From a virus (taxonomy: Duplodnaviria; Heunggongvirae; Uroviricota; Caudoviricetes), in IMG/VR virus record IMGVR_UViG_3300027734_000034: a stretch of 60,908 nt of DNA; one strand, 5' to 3'. A program made the translations under genes and the position numbers. This document shows positions 53,410 to 60,800 of this stretch, in pieces (positions within the stretch are counted from its first letter, which is position 1; every line of letters begins with the position of its first letter). The notes under the pieces are model-generated. The model did no database searches. It was not told the origin of the DNA and worked only from the letters and a program-made list of their open reading frames with translations.

Positions 53410-54897
53410 TCATTTGTATGTAAGTTTTTCAACATCAAATGGATAATTAGCCTCTTTATAAAATGCTTTTCTTTGTGTAAGATGCCGTTTTGCAAACTTA
53501 CAATTACTTGTGATATCCCAAATCTGCACGAAATTTTTATCTTCTGCTTTACGGATACCACGACCAATACTTTGTATCACCCGAACAAAACTCTTACCCG
53601 GTTCAATAAGAACAAGATTAAAGATTCGGGGAATGTTAATACCAACTGCTGCTACACCATAGGTAGCGATAATGATTTTGTTAGTTGCTGTTGCAACTTC
53701 ATCATATTGTTCTTTGCGTTCATCCATACCAGTATTGCCTGATACAAACACCACATCATATTCTGTTTTAAAATTACGCAATAGTTCGGCTAATTTGTTA
53801 TGTAATTCTTTACCGGCTGCCACCCTATCAACAAGTATCAATGTATTACCACTGTTCTTAATTGTATCAACCAATTGAGTAATTTTATTTAATCGTTTAT
53901 CATCTTCAAGTAAGTATTTCAACTCACTCTGGTAGTTACTAAACTCGACACCATCTTGTAATTGAACAATGTTAACATGGCATTGTGATAATACACCTCT
54001 ATCTTGCAATTCACTAGCAGATAGTTTGTTAATAACATTACCTAGACTGATAAAGATAGCTTGACTTGCGAATTTTTCTTTAGGAATAGTACCAGTCAGT
54101 CCCCAACGAATTGGAATCGTACTCATTATTCCAGTCAACAGTTCTTTTAGTGCATCTGCTTTGGCCATGTGAACCTCGTCTACCATGACACAAACTACAC
54201 CTTCAAGGAAGTCACCAATCTCAACTTCTGCTTCACCTGCTTTTGTTTTCTTAAGCATGTTGTTAAGACTCTGCCAAGTACAGATCGTATGTGTCTTGTT
54301 GTATTCTTTTCTATCACCAAAGTATACACCAACATCTAATCCTAGATTAATGTAATCGGCTTCGGTTTGTGTTACAAGACTTTTGTTTGGAACGATAACA
54401 ATACTGCGCCCGTAACTTTCAATAGACCAGCTTAGTGCTGCTGTGATTAATGTCTTGCCAGCGCCTGTAGCAATCTCTTGTAATGATTGTGGGTTCTTTA
54501 GAAACTCATTAATGATTGATATCTGATAGTCACGCAATACTACAGGTTGTCCTGCGATTGGATGACCTTCGGGCCAATTCTTATGTTTGAATGTCTCTTC
54601 GGACACTTCAGCAAAATTGAAAGTTGTACCGTATGTTCGCAAATCCTCTAGTTCAATATCATAGTCCCTGCTATCAATAAAGGGTAGTATTTCGGGTAGT
54701 AGATTGACATAGCTACTACCAGCAAGACTAAAGAAACTTACCTTACCATTCCATCTACCTAACCGTACCGCAGGAAGATACCTTGCACCGGGCACTTCAT
54801 ACTCAAACATCTTTACCAATGCTTTTCGTTCACTTAATTCTAAGCCTTCGATTTTTACATTGACCTCATCCTTGACAATTATTTTGCATTGTTTCAT
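53410..54897 (-). CDS. uvsW: UvsW-like superfamily 2 DNA helicase
   Basis: LRDYQ, ATGAGKT, VDEVH, GLTGT, TYGVAAVGINIP, QSIGRGIR. Confidence 0.92.
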   Translation of the reverse strand: MKQCKIIVKDEVNVKIEGLELSERKALVKMFEYEVPGARYLPAVRLGRWNGKVSFFSLAGSSYVNLLPEILPFIDSRDYDIELEDLRTYGTTFNFAEVSEETFKHKNWPEGHPIAGQPVVLRDYQISIINEFLKNPQSLQEIATGAGKTLITAALSWSIESYGRSIVIVPNKSLVTQTEADYINLGLDVGVYFGDRKEYNKTHTICTWQSLNNMLKKTKAGEAEVEIGDFLEGVVCVMVDEVHMAKADALKELLTGIMSTIPIRWGLTGTIPKEKFASQAIFISLGNVINKLSASELQDRGVLSQCHVNIVQLQDGVEFSNYQSELKYLLEDDKRLNKITQLVDTIKNSGNTLILVDRVAAGKELHNKLAELLRNFKTEYDVVFVSGNTGMDERKEQYDEVATATNKIIIATYGVAAVGINIPRIFNLVLIEPGKSFVRVIQSIGRGIRKAEDKNFVQIWDITSNCKFAKRHLTQRKAFYKEANYPFDVEKLTYK

Positions 54898-54947
54898 ATT
54901 AGTACTTAGTATAACATAAAGTAATTAGTAAATGCAAACATAAAGGT

Positions 54948-54972
54948 AAAAAAAGGGGAACCTAAGTTCCCC
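54948..54972 (-). terminator. Intrinsic terminator closing the early cassette region
   Basis: GGGGAAC-TTAG-GTTCCCC followed by T7. Confidence 0.85.
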
Positions 54973-54995
54973 TGAAAATCAGTAAGTAAATCTAC

Positions 54996-56027
54996 TCAAA
55001 GATTCTTCATGCAAGTTGACTTCGCAAGTTCATGCCAGTTGCCAGGGTTGATCTTTACCAAGTCAGCAATCTTCAACACCATACGCAGGCTGATCTCACG
55101 CAATTGATTGCAGTTGGCCCACATGTATTCCATGACACTTTCTTCCTGCTCTTTAGTAAAAGCATAGTCAACAAACAAGCCGGGGTCAGCATCACGATGC
55201 ACCTGCTTGATACGCATCATTTTATCACGTTCGGTGTTGATAGTCAAATCCAGAAAGTGACAACGACTTTGCAATGCATCCAAATGAGGTTGCATTTTAC
55301 CTGATTTTTTAGAATCAAACGATTTGTTTGTGATGAAGATGATAGAGCCGTGAAAGTTGAAAGTATTGGGCACTCCCTCTTCGCGTAGAATACGTGAATC
55401 TTTGTTGTAAGAGATACGCCGTGTCTTGCTAGAATCCAATGCACCTTTCAGGATGTTGACCGCATCTTGATCGTCCCAGATATCACAGTCATCAAACACC
55501 AACACGTTTTTAGCGTCAGAATATTTGTACAGTAATACGAACAAGCCGATAGCAGACATCGCGCCTTTGACAGTCTCAAAACGGATCTTGCGATCTGCAA
55601 TATGATCAAACATGCTAGCTTTTTCCATCTGCAATGTCACGCCGTGACTCTTGCCGACACCGGGAGGGCCTGTCACAATCATAGCACGGATATCACCGTT
55701 GATACATGCTTTTGACATCTCATCCAATACTGCAAAACGACCTGCGATACGGTCCATCGCTTCCTTATCAGTCTCGGTAGACACTTCTGCCTTTGCCTTG
55801 AATTCTACTGTATTGCCTACCACCGTTTCTCCATTCATGAATTGAATATCTTCAATGCTTCCGACATTGACACGGACCTGAGGTCCACCCACTGCAAACT
55901 GACCATCATTCTTAACAGTAACAAATCCACCCTTCTTACCAACTTGATAACCTTTGACTAGGGTGAACACTTCACCAGATACAGGGTTATTGCGATAAGA
56001 ACCAGAGAGAATGCGAATTGTTGACAT
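54996..56027 (-). CDS. AAA+ ATPase (SRC motif, clamp-loader-clade-like)
   Basis: GPPGVGKS, LVFDDCD, IIFITN, ALQSRC, ISLR. Confidence 0.85.
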   Translation of the reverse strand: MSTIRILSGSYRNNPVSGEVFTLVKGYQVGKKGGFVTVKNDGQFAVGGPQVRVNVGSIEDIQFMNGETVVGNTVEFKAKAEVSTETDKEAMDRIAGRFAVLDEMSKACINGDIRAMIVTGPPGVGKSHGVTLQMEKASMFDHIADRKIRFETVKGAMSAIGLFVLLYKYSDAKNVLVFDDCDIWDDQDAVNILKGALDSSKTRRISYNKDSRILREEGVPNTFNFHGSIIFITNKSFDSKKSGKMQPHLDALQSRCHFLDLTINTERDKMMRIKQVHRDADPGLFVDYAFTKEQEESVMEYMWANCNQLREISLRMVLKIADLVKINPGNWHELAKSTCMKNL

Positions 56028-56060
56028 AGATAAAATCCTTTATTAACTGATTAAGTAAGC

Positions 56061-56089
56061 ATTATACACTAATGCCCATTTGTTGTCAA
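56061..56089 (-). promoter_or_regulatory. Early promoter repeat (diverged spacer)
   Basis: TTGACA-ACAAATGGGCATTAGTG-TATAAT; the -35 box contains the stop of ORF 56086. Confidence 0.85.
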
Positions 56090-56304
56090 GCCTTGAGTAT
56101 GTCCACGATACGCTGATGTATCAGGTCCATTTCAGCCTGCTCAACATAGAAGTCGGTCTTGGGGTCATAGTACTGACCTTGGGCAGTATCGTAGTACAGG
56201 ACATGACCGGAGAAATTGAAGGGACCTTCTAGACCCTTGCGAGGACCATACTTGGTACGCATCTCATCCATTTGCGTCTTGTCTGCGATAACTTTGTAAC
56301 CCAT
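56086..56304 (-). CDS. Small early protein
   Basis: MGYKVIADK...YYDPKTDFY; true start at 56304 after the AAGGAG RBS. The track extension crosses a promoter. Confidence 0.75.
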   Translation of the reverse strand: MGYKVIADKTQMDEMRTKYGPRKGLEGPFNFSGHVLYYDTAQGQYYDPKTDFYVEQAEMDLIHQRIVDILKA

Positions 56305-56334
56305 CAGAAACTCCTTTTGACTGAATAAGACTCT

Positions 56335-56363
56335 ATTATATACCCAAAACCATTTAATGTCAA
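56335..56363 (-). promoter_or_regulatory. Early promoter repeat (exact 29-mer)
   Basis: TTGACATTAAATGGTTTTGGGTATATAAT. Confidence 0.92.
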
Positions 56364-56554
56364 CTAAAATCACAAGCCTTATAGACTGCTTCCTGTACTG
56401 CGGTATCAGTAACTTCCTCAAAACGCTCGTCCTGAGCCAAGGCCTTGAGCAATCCTCGAACAACAGACCAACTCAAGTTTTGACTGATTGCCAACTTTAC
56501 TATGGATCCAACTGCATCATTACCAGCGTCTGTAAACATTGCGAAATTTGTCAT
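56360..56554 (-). CDS. Small early protein
   Basis: MFTDAGNDAV...; own promoter and AAGGA RBS. Confidence 0.75.
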   Translation of the reverse strand: MTNFAMFTDAGNDAVGSIVKLAISQNLSWSVVRGLLKALAQDERFEEVTDTAVQEAVYKACDFS

Positions 56555-56588
56555 TTTCTAAGTCCTTTAATTAACTGTCTAAGTATGT

Positions 56589-56617
56589 ATTATATACCCA
56601 AAACCATTTAATGTCAA
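56589..56617 (-). promoter_or_regulatory. Early promoter repeat (exact 29-mer)
   Basis: TTGACATTAAATGGTTTTGGGTATATAAT. Confidence 0.92.
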
Positions 56618-56802
56618 GCCGGTAGAACAACTTCAGTTGGAATTTGAGACTCACGCCAGGCATTCATATAGGCTTCACGCTCGGCCCGAACCTTGAGGAT
56701 GCTCCGACTAAAGCGGCGGTCATAGTAGGCCCACGCACCGCTATCTACCCAGGTTTGGCGGCTGCATCGGACTTTGTTTACCTTGTGTTTTCTCATTTTC
56801 AT
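56614..56802 (-). CDS. Small basic early protein
   Basis: Third gene of the cassette; stop lies within the next -35 box. Confidence 0.55.
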   Translation of the reverse strand: MKMRKHKVNKVRCSRQTWVDSGAWAYYDRRFSRSILKVRAEREAYMNAWRESQIPTEVVLPA

Positions 56803-56805
56803 ATA

Positions 56806-57072
56806 TTAAGCCCGGTAAGTAGAATAATTACGGATTTTGCTTTGTTTATTAGCATGGCTTTCGTTGAATTTAATCTCATAACCACGCTGACGTAGTGCAT
56901 TGATCAGTACTGACAGGTCGCAGTCTTCTTCCAAGAAAGCATTGGTACCGTTCTGGTAGCTGTAAGTACTAATCTTATCAGCGATACCAAGTGCTACCAA
57001 CTTTGCTTTGGGGAAGCGGGCCCATGCATGACCCGGGTCTGCGAACACTTTGATAGAGATTTTTTTAGTCAT
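56806..57072 (-). CDS. Small early protein
   Basis: DPGHAW...LG...IS.YSY.....LEEDCD motif; AAGGA RBS. Confidence 0.75.
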   Translation of the reverse strand: MTKKISIKVFADPGHAWARFPKAKLVALGIADKISTYSYQNGTNAFLEEDCDLSVLINALRQRGYEIKFNESHANKQSKIRNYSTYRA

Positions 57073-57083
57073 TTTGAGGTCCT

Positions 57084-57338
57084 TTACAATACTTGAGAAA
57101 CTGAATAGTTATTCACTTTTGTGATATTTTCAACATGCCAATCAATTATAGACTGTTCAGTATTGAGCGGCAATTCTCTAAAGTAAAGAGTTTTGCCTAG
57201 CATTACTTTATCTTTTGCGTTTAGCTTAGTGTAGTCACTAGCAGCAATCAGCAAACAAATTTCTTCGTTGCTGTAGGGCCGCTTTTTGACAGACACTTTA
57301 AAATACAAAGTACTGATTGCATTTGCTTTGAATTTCAT
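57084..57338 (-). CDS. Small early protein
   Basis: AAAGGT RBS after the promoter repeat. Confidence 0.7.
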   Translation of the reverse strand: MKFKANAISTLYFKVSVKKRPYSNEEICLLIAASDYTKLNAKDKVMLGKTLYFRELPLNTEQSIIDWHVENITKVNNYSVSQVL

Positions 57339-57365
57339 AGAGACCTTTCAACTGAATAAGACTCT

Positions 57366-57394
57366 ATTATATACCCAAAACCATTTAATGTCAA
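57366..57394 (-). promoter_or_regulatory. Early promoter repeat (exact 29-mer)
   Basis: TTGACATTAAATGGTTTTGGGTATATAAT. Confidence 0.92.
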
Positions 57395-57609
57395 CCAAGG
57401 ACCTCAGTCACAGTATAATTATACCGTGTATAACCAACGTCAGTGGATCCACCATAACCAGCAAAACTCTTATTGTTCATTGCCAACTTAGCAGTACCCT
57501 TCCGAGCCATTTTTTGTGCCTCGTTGTACCAATAAGCGCCTTCAGTTATCCGTGTATGTCCACTAGCGGTTTCACGCCGTACTACATCAAAATTAAAACT
57601 GCGTACCAT
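57391..57609 (-). CDS. Small early protein
   Basis: MVRSFNFDVV...; start moved to 57609 (GGAG RBS). Confidence 0.65.
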   Translation of the reverse strand: MVRSFNFDVVRRETASGHTRITEGAYWYNEAQKMARKGTAKLAMNNKSFAGYGGSTDVGYTRYNYTVTEVLG

Positions 57610-57610
57610 T

Positions 57611-57742
57611 TTATTGCTCCATCGGGTCACCAAGTGTATACTCGGTGATCCATTCAATTGTAAAATCTTCACCTCTATGTTCTGCAACATAGATGCAAAG
57701 TGCTTCCAGCGTACGGAAAATCAAATCGCCAATTCTATACAT
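57611..57742 (-). CDS. 43-aa protein not in the ORF track
   Basis: MYRIGDLIFRTLEALCIYVAEHRGEDFTIEWITEYTLGDPMEQ; TAATG-coupled to the upstream gene. Confidence 0.6.
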   Translation of the reverse strand: MYRIGDLIFRTLEALCIYVAEHRGEDFTIEWITEYTLGDPMEQ

Positions 57743-58116
57743 TATGCCACCTTCCGAAAATATTGATAGGGCAAGCCCAGATCATAGCACAGATATTCCC
57801 AGTCGCCATTAGCGTTGCTAGCGTCCATGATCCAGCGCAATGCAGTCTCACGGTCACGCGCGCCCATGCAGATAGTGTTGGTGACATGCTGCTCAAACTT
57901 ATCCACAGCTTCCTTCTCAGCAACCTTACGCTGGGCTTCCTCACGCACGATCACAGCTTCCAAACTTGCAAACTCCAGTTGGAAGTCTTGCAGCGTCCAA
58001 GTGCTGGTGTCGATACCACGAGGGCGAACACCATGTGCGTCCTTGTACATATCCCAGTAGATGCACTGGGCTTGTTCCAAGTCAGACATTTGTTCCCAAG
58101 TAGTGAATTCAGACAT
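57742..58116 (-). CDS. Small early protein
   Basis: YWDMYKDAHGVRPR motif; start 58116 after the AAGGA RBS. Confidence 0.8.
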   Translation of the reverse strand: MSEFTTWEQMSDLEQAQCIYWDMYKDAHGVRPRGIDTSTWTLQDFQLEFASLEAVIVREEAQRKVAEKEAVDKFEQHVTNTICMGARDRETALRWIMDASNANGDWEYLCYDLGLPYQYFRKVA

Positions 58117-58145
58117 ATTTGTTCCTTTAATCAATCTAAGCCTCT

Positions 58146-58174
58146 ATTATAGACCCAAAACCATTTAATGTCAA
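58146..58174 (-). promoter_or_regulatory. Early promoter repeat (1 mismatch)
   Basis: TTGACATTAAATGGTTTTGGGTCTATAAT. Confidence 0.92.
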
Positions 58175-58368
58175 CCGAAAACAAATTCCCTGACCCACTC
58201 AAAACGGGTAGTAGAAGGGACCCACTTGAAGTGTTCCCGCTTGCGGCTTATCTTCTCAAAATCCATGCAGACCATGACCCAACCCTTCTCAGGGCTGAAG
58301 CCAACTGTTTCTGCAACACGGACTACTTCGACCATGCTGCCGTCTGTCATCTTTGCTACAGTAGTCAT
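58171..58368 (-). CDS. Small early protein
   Basis: AAGGAG RBS; stop lies within the next -35 box. Confidence 0.7.
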   Translation of the reverse strand: MTTVAKMTDGSMVEVVRVAETVGFSPEKGWVMVCMDFEKISRKREHFKWVPSTTRFEWVREFVFG

Positions 58369-58378
58369 TTTCTACTCC

Positions 58379-58540
58379 TTACGCAAACGATCCACGCACT
58401 TCTTTAGCGCCGGGGATTTCTTCACATTCACATACCCAGTCAGAGAATGATTCGTAGTATCCCACGAAATACTCCGGACGCATTTCAGTCTTGCAGTATG
58501 GGCACACTGGCATCACAATTGGTTCTATTTTTTCAGACAT
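58379..58540 (-). CDS. 53-aa Zn-ribbon-like protein not in the ORF track
   Basis: MSEKIEPIVMPVCPYCKTEM...WVCECEEIPGAKEVRGSFA; AAGGAG RBS after the promoter. Confidence 0.75.
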   Translation of the reverse strand: MSEKIEPIVMPVCPYCKTEMRPEYFVGYYESFSDWVCECEEIPGAKEVRGSFA

Positions 58541-58570
58541 AATGTTCTCCTTTAATCAATCTAAGAGTAC

Positions 58571-58599
58571 ATTATATACCCAAAACCATTTAATGTCAA
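58571..58599 (-). promoter_or_regulatory. Early promoter repeat (exact 29-mer)
   Basis: TTGACATTAAATGGTTTTGGGTATATAAT. Confidence 0.92.
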
Positions 58600-58672
58600 G
58601 TTTGGGTAACCTTATTTACCGCAGATTCAGCATCTTTTTTTCCTGTAGGACCGAAAAAGTGCCATGGATATC

Positions 58673-58719
58673 CGTGTACTACGGCTACCCACCCGGGGGT
58701 TTTCCTGCCGTAGTACACG
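58673..58719. repeat. Perfect 13-bp inverted repeat (hairpin) with 21-nt loop
   Basis: CGTGTACTACGGC (58673-58685) and GCCGTAGTACACG (58707-58719). Confidence 0.9.
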
Positions 58720-58723
58720 CTTG

Positions 58724-58752
58724 CTTTTACCAAAAAAGCCATTTAATGTCAA
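58724..58752 (-). promoter_or_regulatory. Early promoter repeat (degenerate -10)
   Basis: TTGACA-TTAAATGGCTTTTTTGG-TAAAAG. Confidence 0.65.
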
Positions 58753-59024
58753 TCCTTTTTCATAACATATTCAAACAGGATCCACTTGGCACGATTGAGA
58801 CATTGACGGGCATCTTCGGCCCGCATGAAGTCAACTTCACCGTACTCGGTGCTGACCATTTCTTGGGCGTCACTCATCAGGCTAGCAGCCATCATAGCAG
58901 GACCGGAGAATTTGAAAGTGAAACTAGATTCCACAGACTCACGCATACCTGCTTCGGTCACGCCATACATGCGGACTTCACGCTTTTGTTTCTCGGTCAG
59001 TAGATCATACACGGTTGCAGTCAT
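58749..59024 (-). CDS. Small early protein
   Basis: AAGGAG RBS after the promoter; stop lies within the next -35 box. Confidence 0.75.
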   Translation of the reverse strand: MTATVYDLLTEKQKREVRMYGVTEAGMRESVESSFTFKFSGPAMMAASLMSDAQEMVSTEYGEVDFMRAEDARQCLNRAKWILFEYVMKKD

Positions 59025-59057
59025 AAAAAGCTCCTTTAGTTAACTGTCTATAAGAGC

Positions 59058-59086
59058 ATTATATACCCAAAACCATTTAATGTCAA
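59058..59086 (-). promoter_or_regulatory. Early promoter repeat (exact 29-mer)
   Basis: TTGACATTAAATGGTTTTGGGTATATAAT. Confidence 0.92.
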
Positions 59087-59958
59087 GTTTTGGTAAAGTC
59101 TATTTCCCAGTTTTTTAGATGAAAATAACTAATTCCGTCCCGTTCCATATGCTTATAAAGCCCTTCTAGGGGAACAGAATCTTGCTCAAAAAAGTGTTCC
59201 CAAAGATGATTCAATTTGTTGTCAAGTGGAATTTCAATTTTGCAAAGTTTGTTGTCATCATCTTTCAACCAGTATTCTGAAAATTTATTTGTTTTATGTT
59301 TAACAACAAACTTTTTAATAGGCTTTAAAGTTTTTGTACCTGACCAGGCTGTAGTGTGTACGGGGAATTCAAACCTTGTATTCAATTCTCTAACCATTTC
59401 ATCAAATTCAATATCATATTCATAGAATTCAGGTAGACGATAAATTATCGGCATCAATTCTTCTCTGACTACTTTACTATCACCGTGGATAAATGTACTT
59501 AAATCTTTTCTAAATTTAGTTAACCTTTGTTCACGCAAGGTCAACACCACGAGTTTCTTGCTGTAATAATCACGGATGACATTAGCCTTATCTCTATCTT
59601 CCTGAATCATTTCTCTGAACAAGATACTATCAGTAAGTTTAGTCGGTCTATCATTGGGATTAGCTAAAATATCAATTTTGTGACTGAGCAGTGTTCGCAA
59701 TCTATGCCAAGTAACACTCAATGCTAATACATCTTCTGTAGTCTCATACACTTCATATTTTTTTACATACGAACTATCTTGATACAAGTCATCCCAAGAT
59801 GTAGTACCATTCAATCCTGCAAGAGTATGAATATTGAGTGGTGAGGGGTTTTGTGTAGTAGCCCCGATGCTACCTTTAGTGATAGCATTACCATATATTG
59901 CAAGTTGTTTCTGTACTGCAAGTTGTTTCTGTAGTATGTTTATGCTTGAATTAGCCAA
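59083..59958 (-). CDS. Hypothetical early protein (291 aa, TTG start)
   Basis: Long ORF after TTGACA-N17-TAAAAT; stop lies within the next -35 box. Confidence 0.75.
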   Translation of the reverse strand: MANSSINILQKQLAVQKQLAIYGNAITKGSIGATTQNPSPLNIHTLAGLNGTTSWDDLYQDSSYVKKYEVYETTEDVLALSVTWHRLRTLLSHKIDILANPNDRPTKLTDSILFREMIQEDRDKANVIRDYYSKKLVVLTLREQRLTKFRKDLSTFIHGDSKVVREELMPIIYRLPEFYEYDIEFDEMVRELNTRFEFPVHTTAWSGTKTLKPIKKFVVKHKTNKFSEYWLKDDDNKLCKIEIPLDNKLNHLWEHFFEQDSVPLEGLYKHMERDGISYFHLKNWEIDFTKT

Positions 59959-59984
59959 TTGTATATTCCATGTTAATATGAGTT

Positions 59985-60013
59985 ATTTTACTATAGAAAA
60001 TAAAGAATGTCAA
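59985..60013 (-). promoter_or_regulatory. sigma70-type early promoter
   Basis: TTGACA-TTCTTTATTTTCTATAG-TAAAAT. Confidence 0.75.
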
Positions 60014-60084
60014 TATTTTTTTGCCCTATTACGCCTGCGGGTTGCTTCTTCTTCCCCAAATATTTCTTCCCAAGTTTTTCCTTT
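60010..60084 (-). pseudogene. Startless remnant of a homing-endonuclease-type DNA-binding repeat
   Basis: KGKTWEEIFGEEEATRRRNRAKKY*, preceded in frame by TGA TAA. Confidence 0.45.
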
Positions 60085-60095
60085 TTATCAAAATA

Positions 60096-60557
60096 TTACG
60101 ATATTGATATATCTTCCATGCCGGCCGCTCTTAAACGTACAATGTGACCTAGCATGAAATTTTTTGATTCAAATGCTTTGATTATACCAAGCCAACGATT
60201 CCTTAATAATGCTACTTCGTTAATCAATATTTCATATTCAATAACTTCATCTTCACCCTCAACATACTTGTCAGCATCACGGCTTGTCAATGCTCTATTA
60301 TATGCTTCTAAATATTTTTGAAAATGTGTTCGGCGAATTTTCCGTAACTGAATATTCAAGTAGTTAAGTACCGCTTCCACTTCTTGTAACTGATTGAATC
60401 TATGTTCGGTAATGCCGGGTAAAGCGGCAATGTTCTTTTCAACATTGCCGTATATCTTTACCTCTTTCTTAGCATTATCTAATTCAGTTTCAAAGTGTTG
60501 AATAAAATCAGGTATCACAGCCAGATTGACTGTTATCCTTGTGTACCAATTTGACAT
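60096..60557 (-). CDS. uvsY: UvsY-like recombination mediator
   Basis: YLEAYNRALTSRDA.KY.EGE...LLRN.WLGI.KA.E.K.FMLG.I..LR.AGMED. Confidence 0.8.
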   Translation of the reverse strand: MSNWYTRITVNLAVIPDFIQHFETELDNAKKEVKIYGNVEKNIAALPGITEHRFNQLQEVEAVLNYLNIQLRKIRRTHFQKYLEAYNRALTSRDADKYVEGEDEVIEYEILINEVALLRNRWLGIIKAFESKNFMLGHIVRLRAAGMEDISIS

Positions 60558-60800
60558 TTAATCCCATTCGTCTAAGTCATCTTCTTCAAAATCTTCATCT
60601 TCCTCTGGAAAATGCTCGTCTGCATAACCCTTCAATGCTTTAGTGATATCTTTGTCCTTGAAGGCATCTTTGATATCTTCAATCTCATAATTGTTATCAA
60701 TTAAAAAATTAACAAGAGTATCTGCCGCATCATCACGCTCACTTAAATCAATATGTTCACGCAATGCATCCCAAACTTCAGCGATTATATCTAAACTCAT
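60558..60800 (-). CDS. Small acidic hypothetical protein
   Basis: GGAGG RBS, ATGA overlap, D/E-rich tail. Confidence 0.7.
   Translation of the reverse strand: MSLDIIAEVWDALREHIDLSERDDAADTLVNFLIDNNYEIEDIKDAFKDKDITKALKGYADEHFPEEDEDFEEDDLDEWD

Noticed and set aside
56305-56463. N-terminal extension of ORF 56086-56463, and similar track extensions at 12201, 26800, 33934, 57690 and 58134
   Set aside because: The extensions cross promoters or overlap other genes; better starts with an RBS lie downstream.
57700-59003. Plus-strand ORFs 57700-58152 and 58491-59003
   Set aside because: They run antisense across cassette genes and promoter repeats, with no expression signals.
56335-59086. 29-bp direct repeats considered as a CRISPR array
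   Set aside because: Intervals vary from about 150 to 780 bp and contain ORFs; the repeat is a -35/-10 promoter; no cas genes are present.
56061-60013. True integron (attC sites)
   Set aside because: No tyrosine recombinase, no attC inverted-repeat structure and no GTTRRRY core; only the architecture is analogous.
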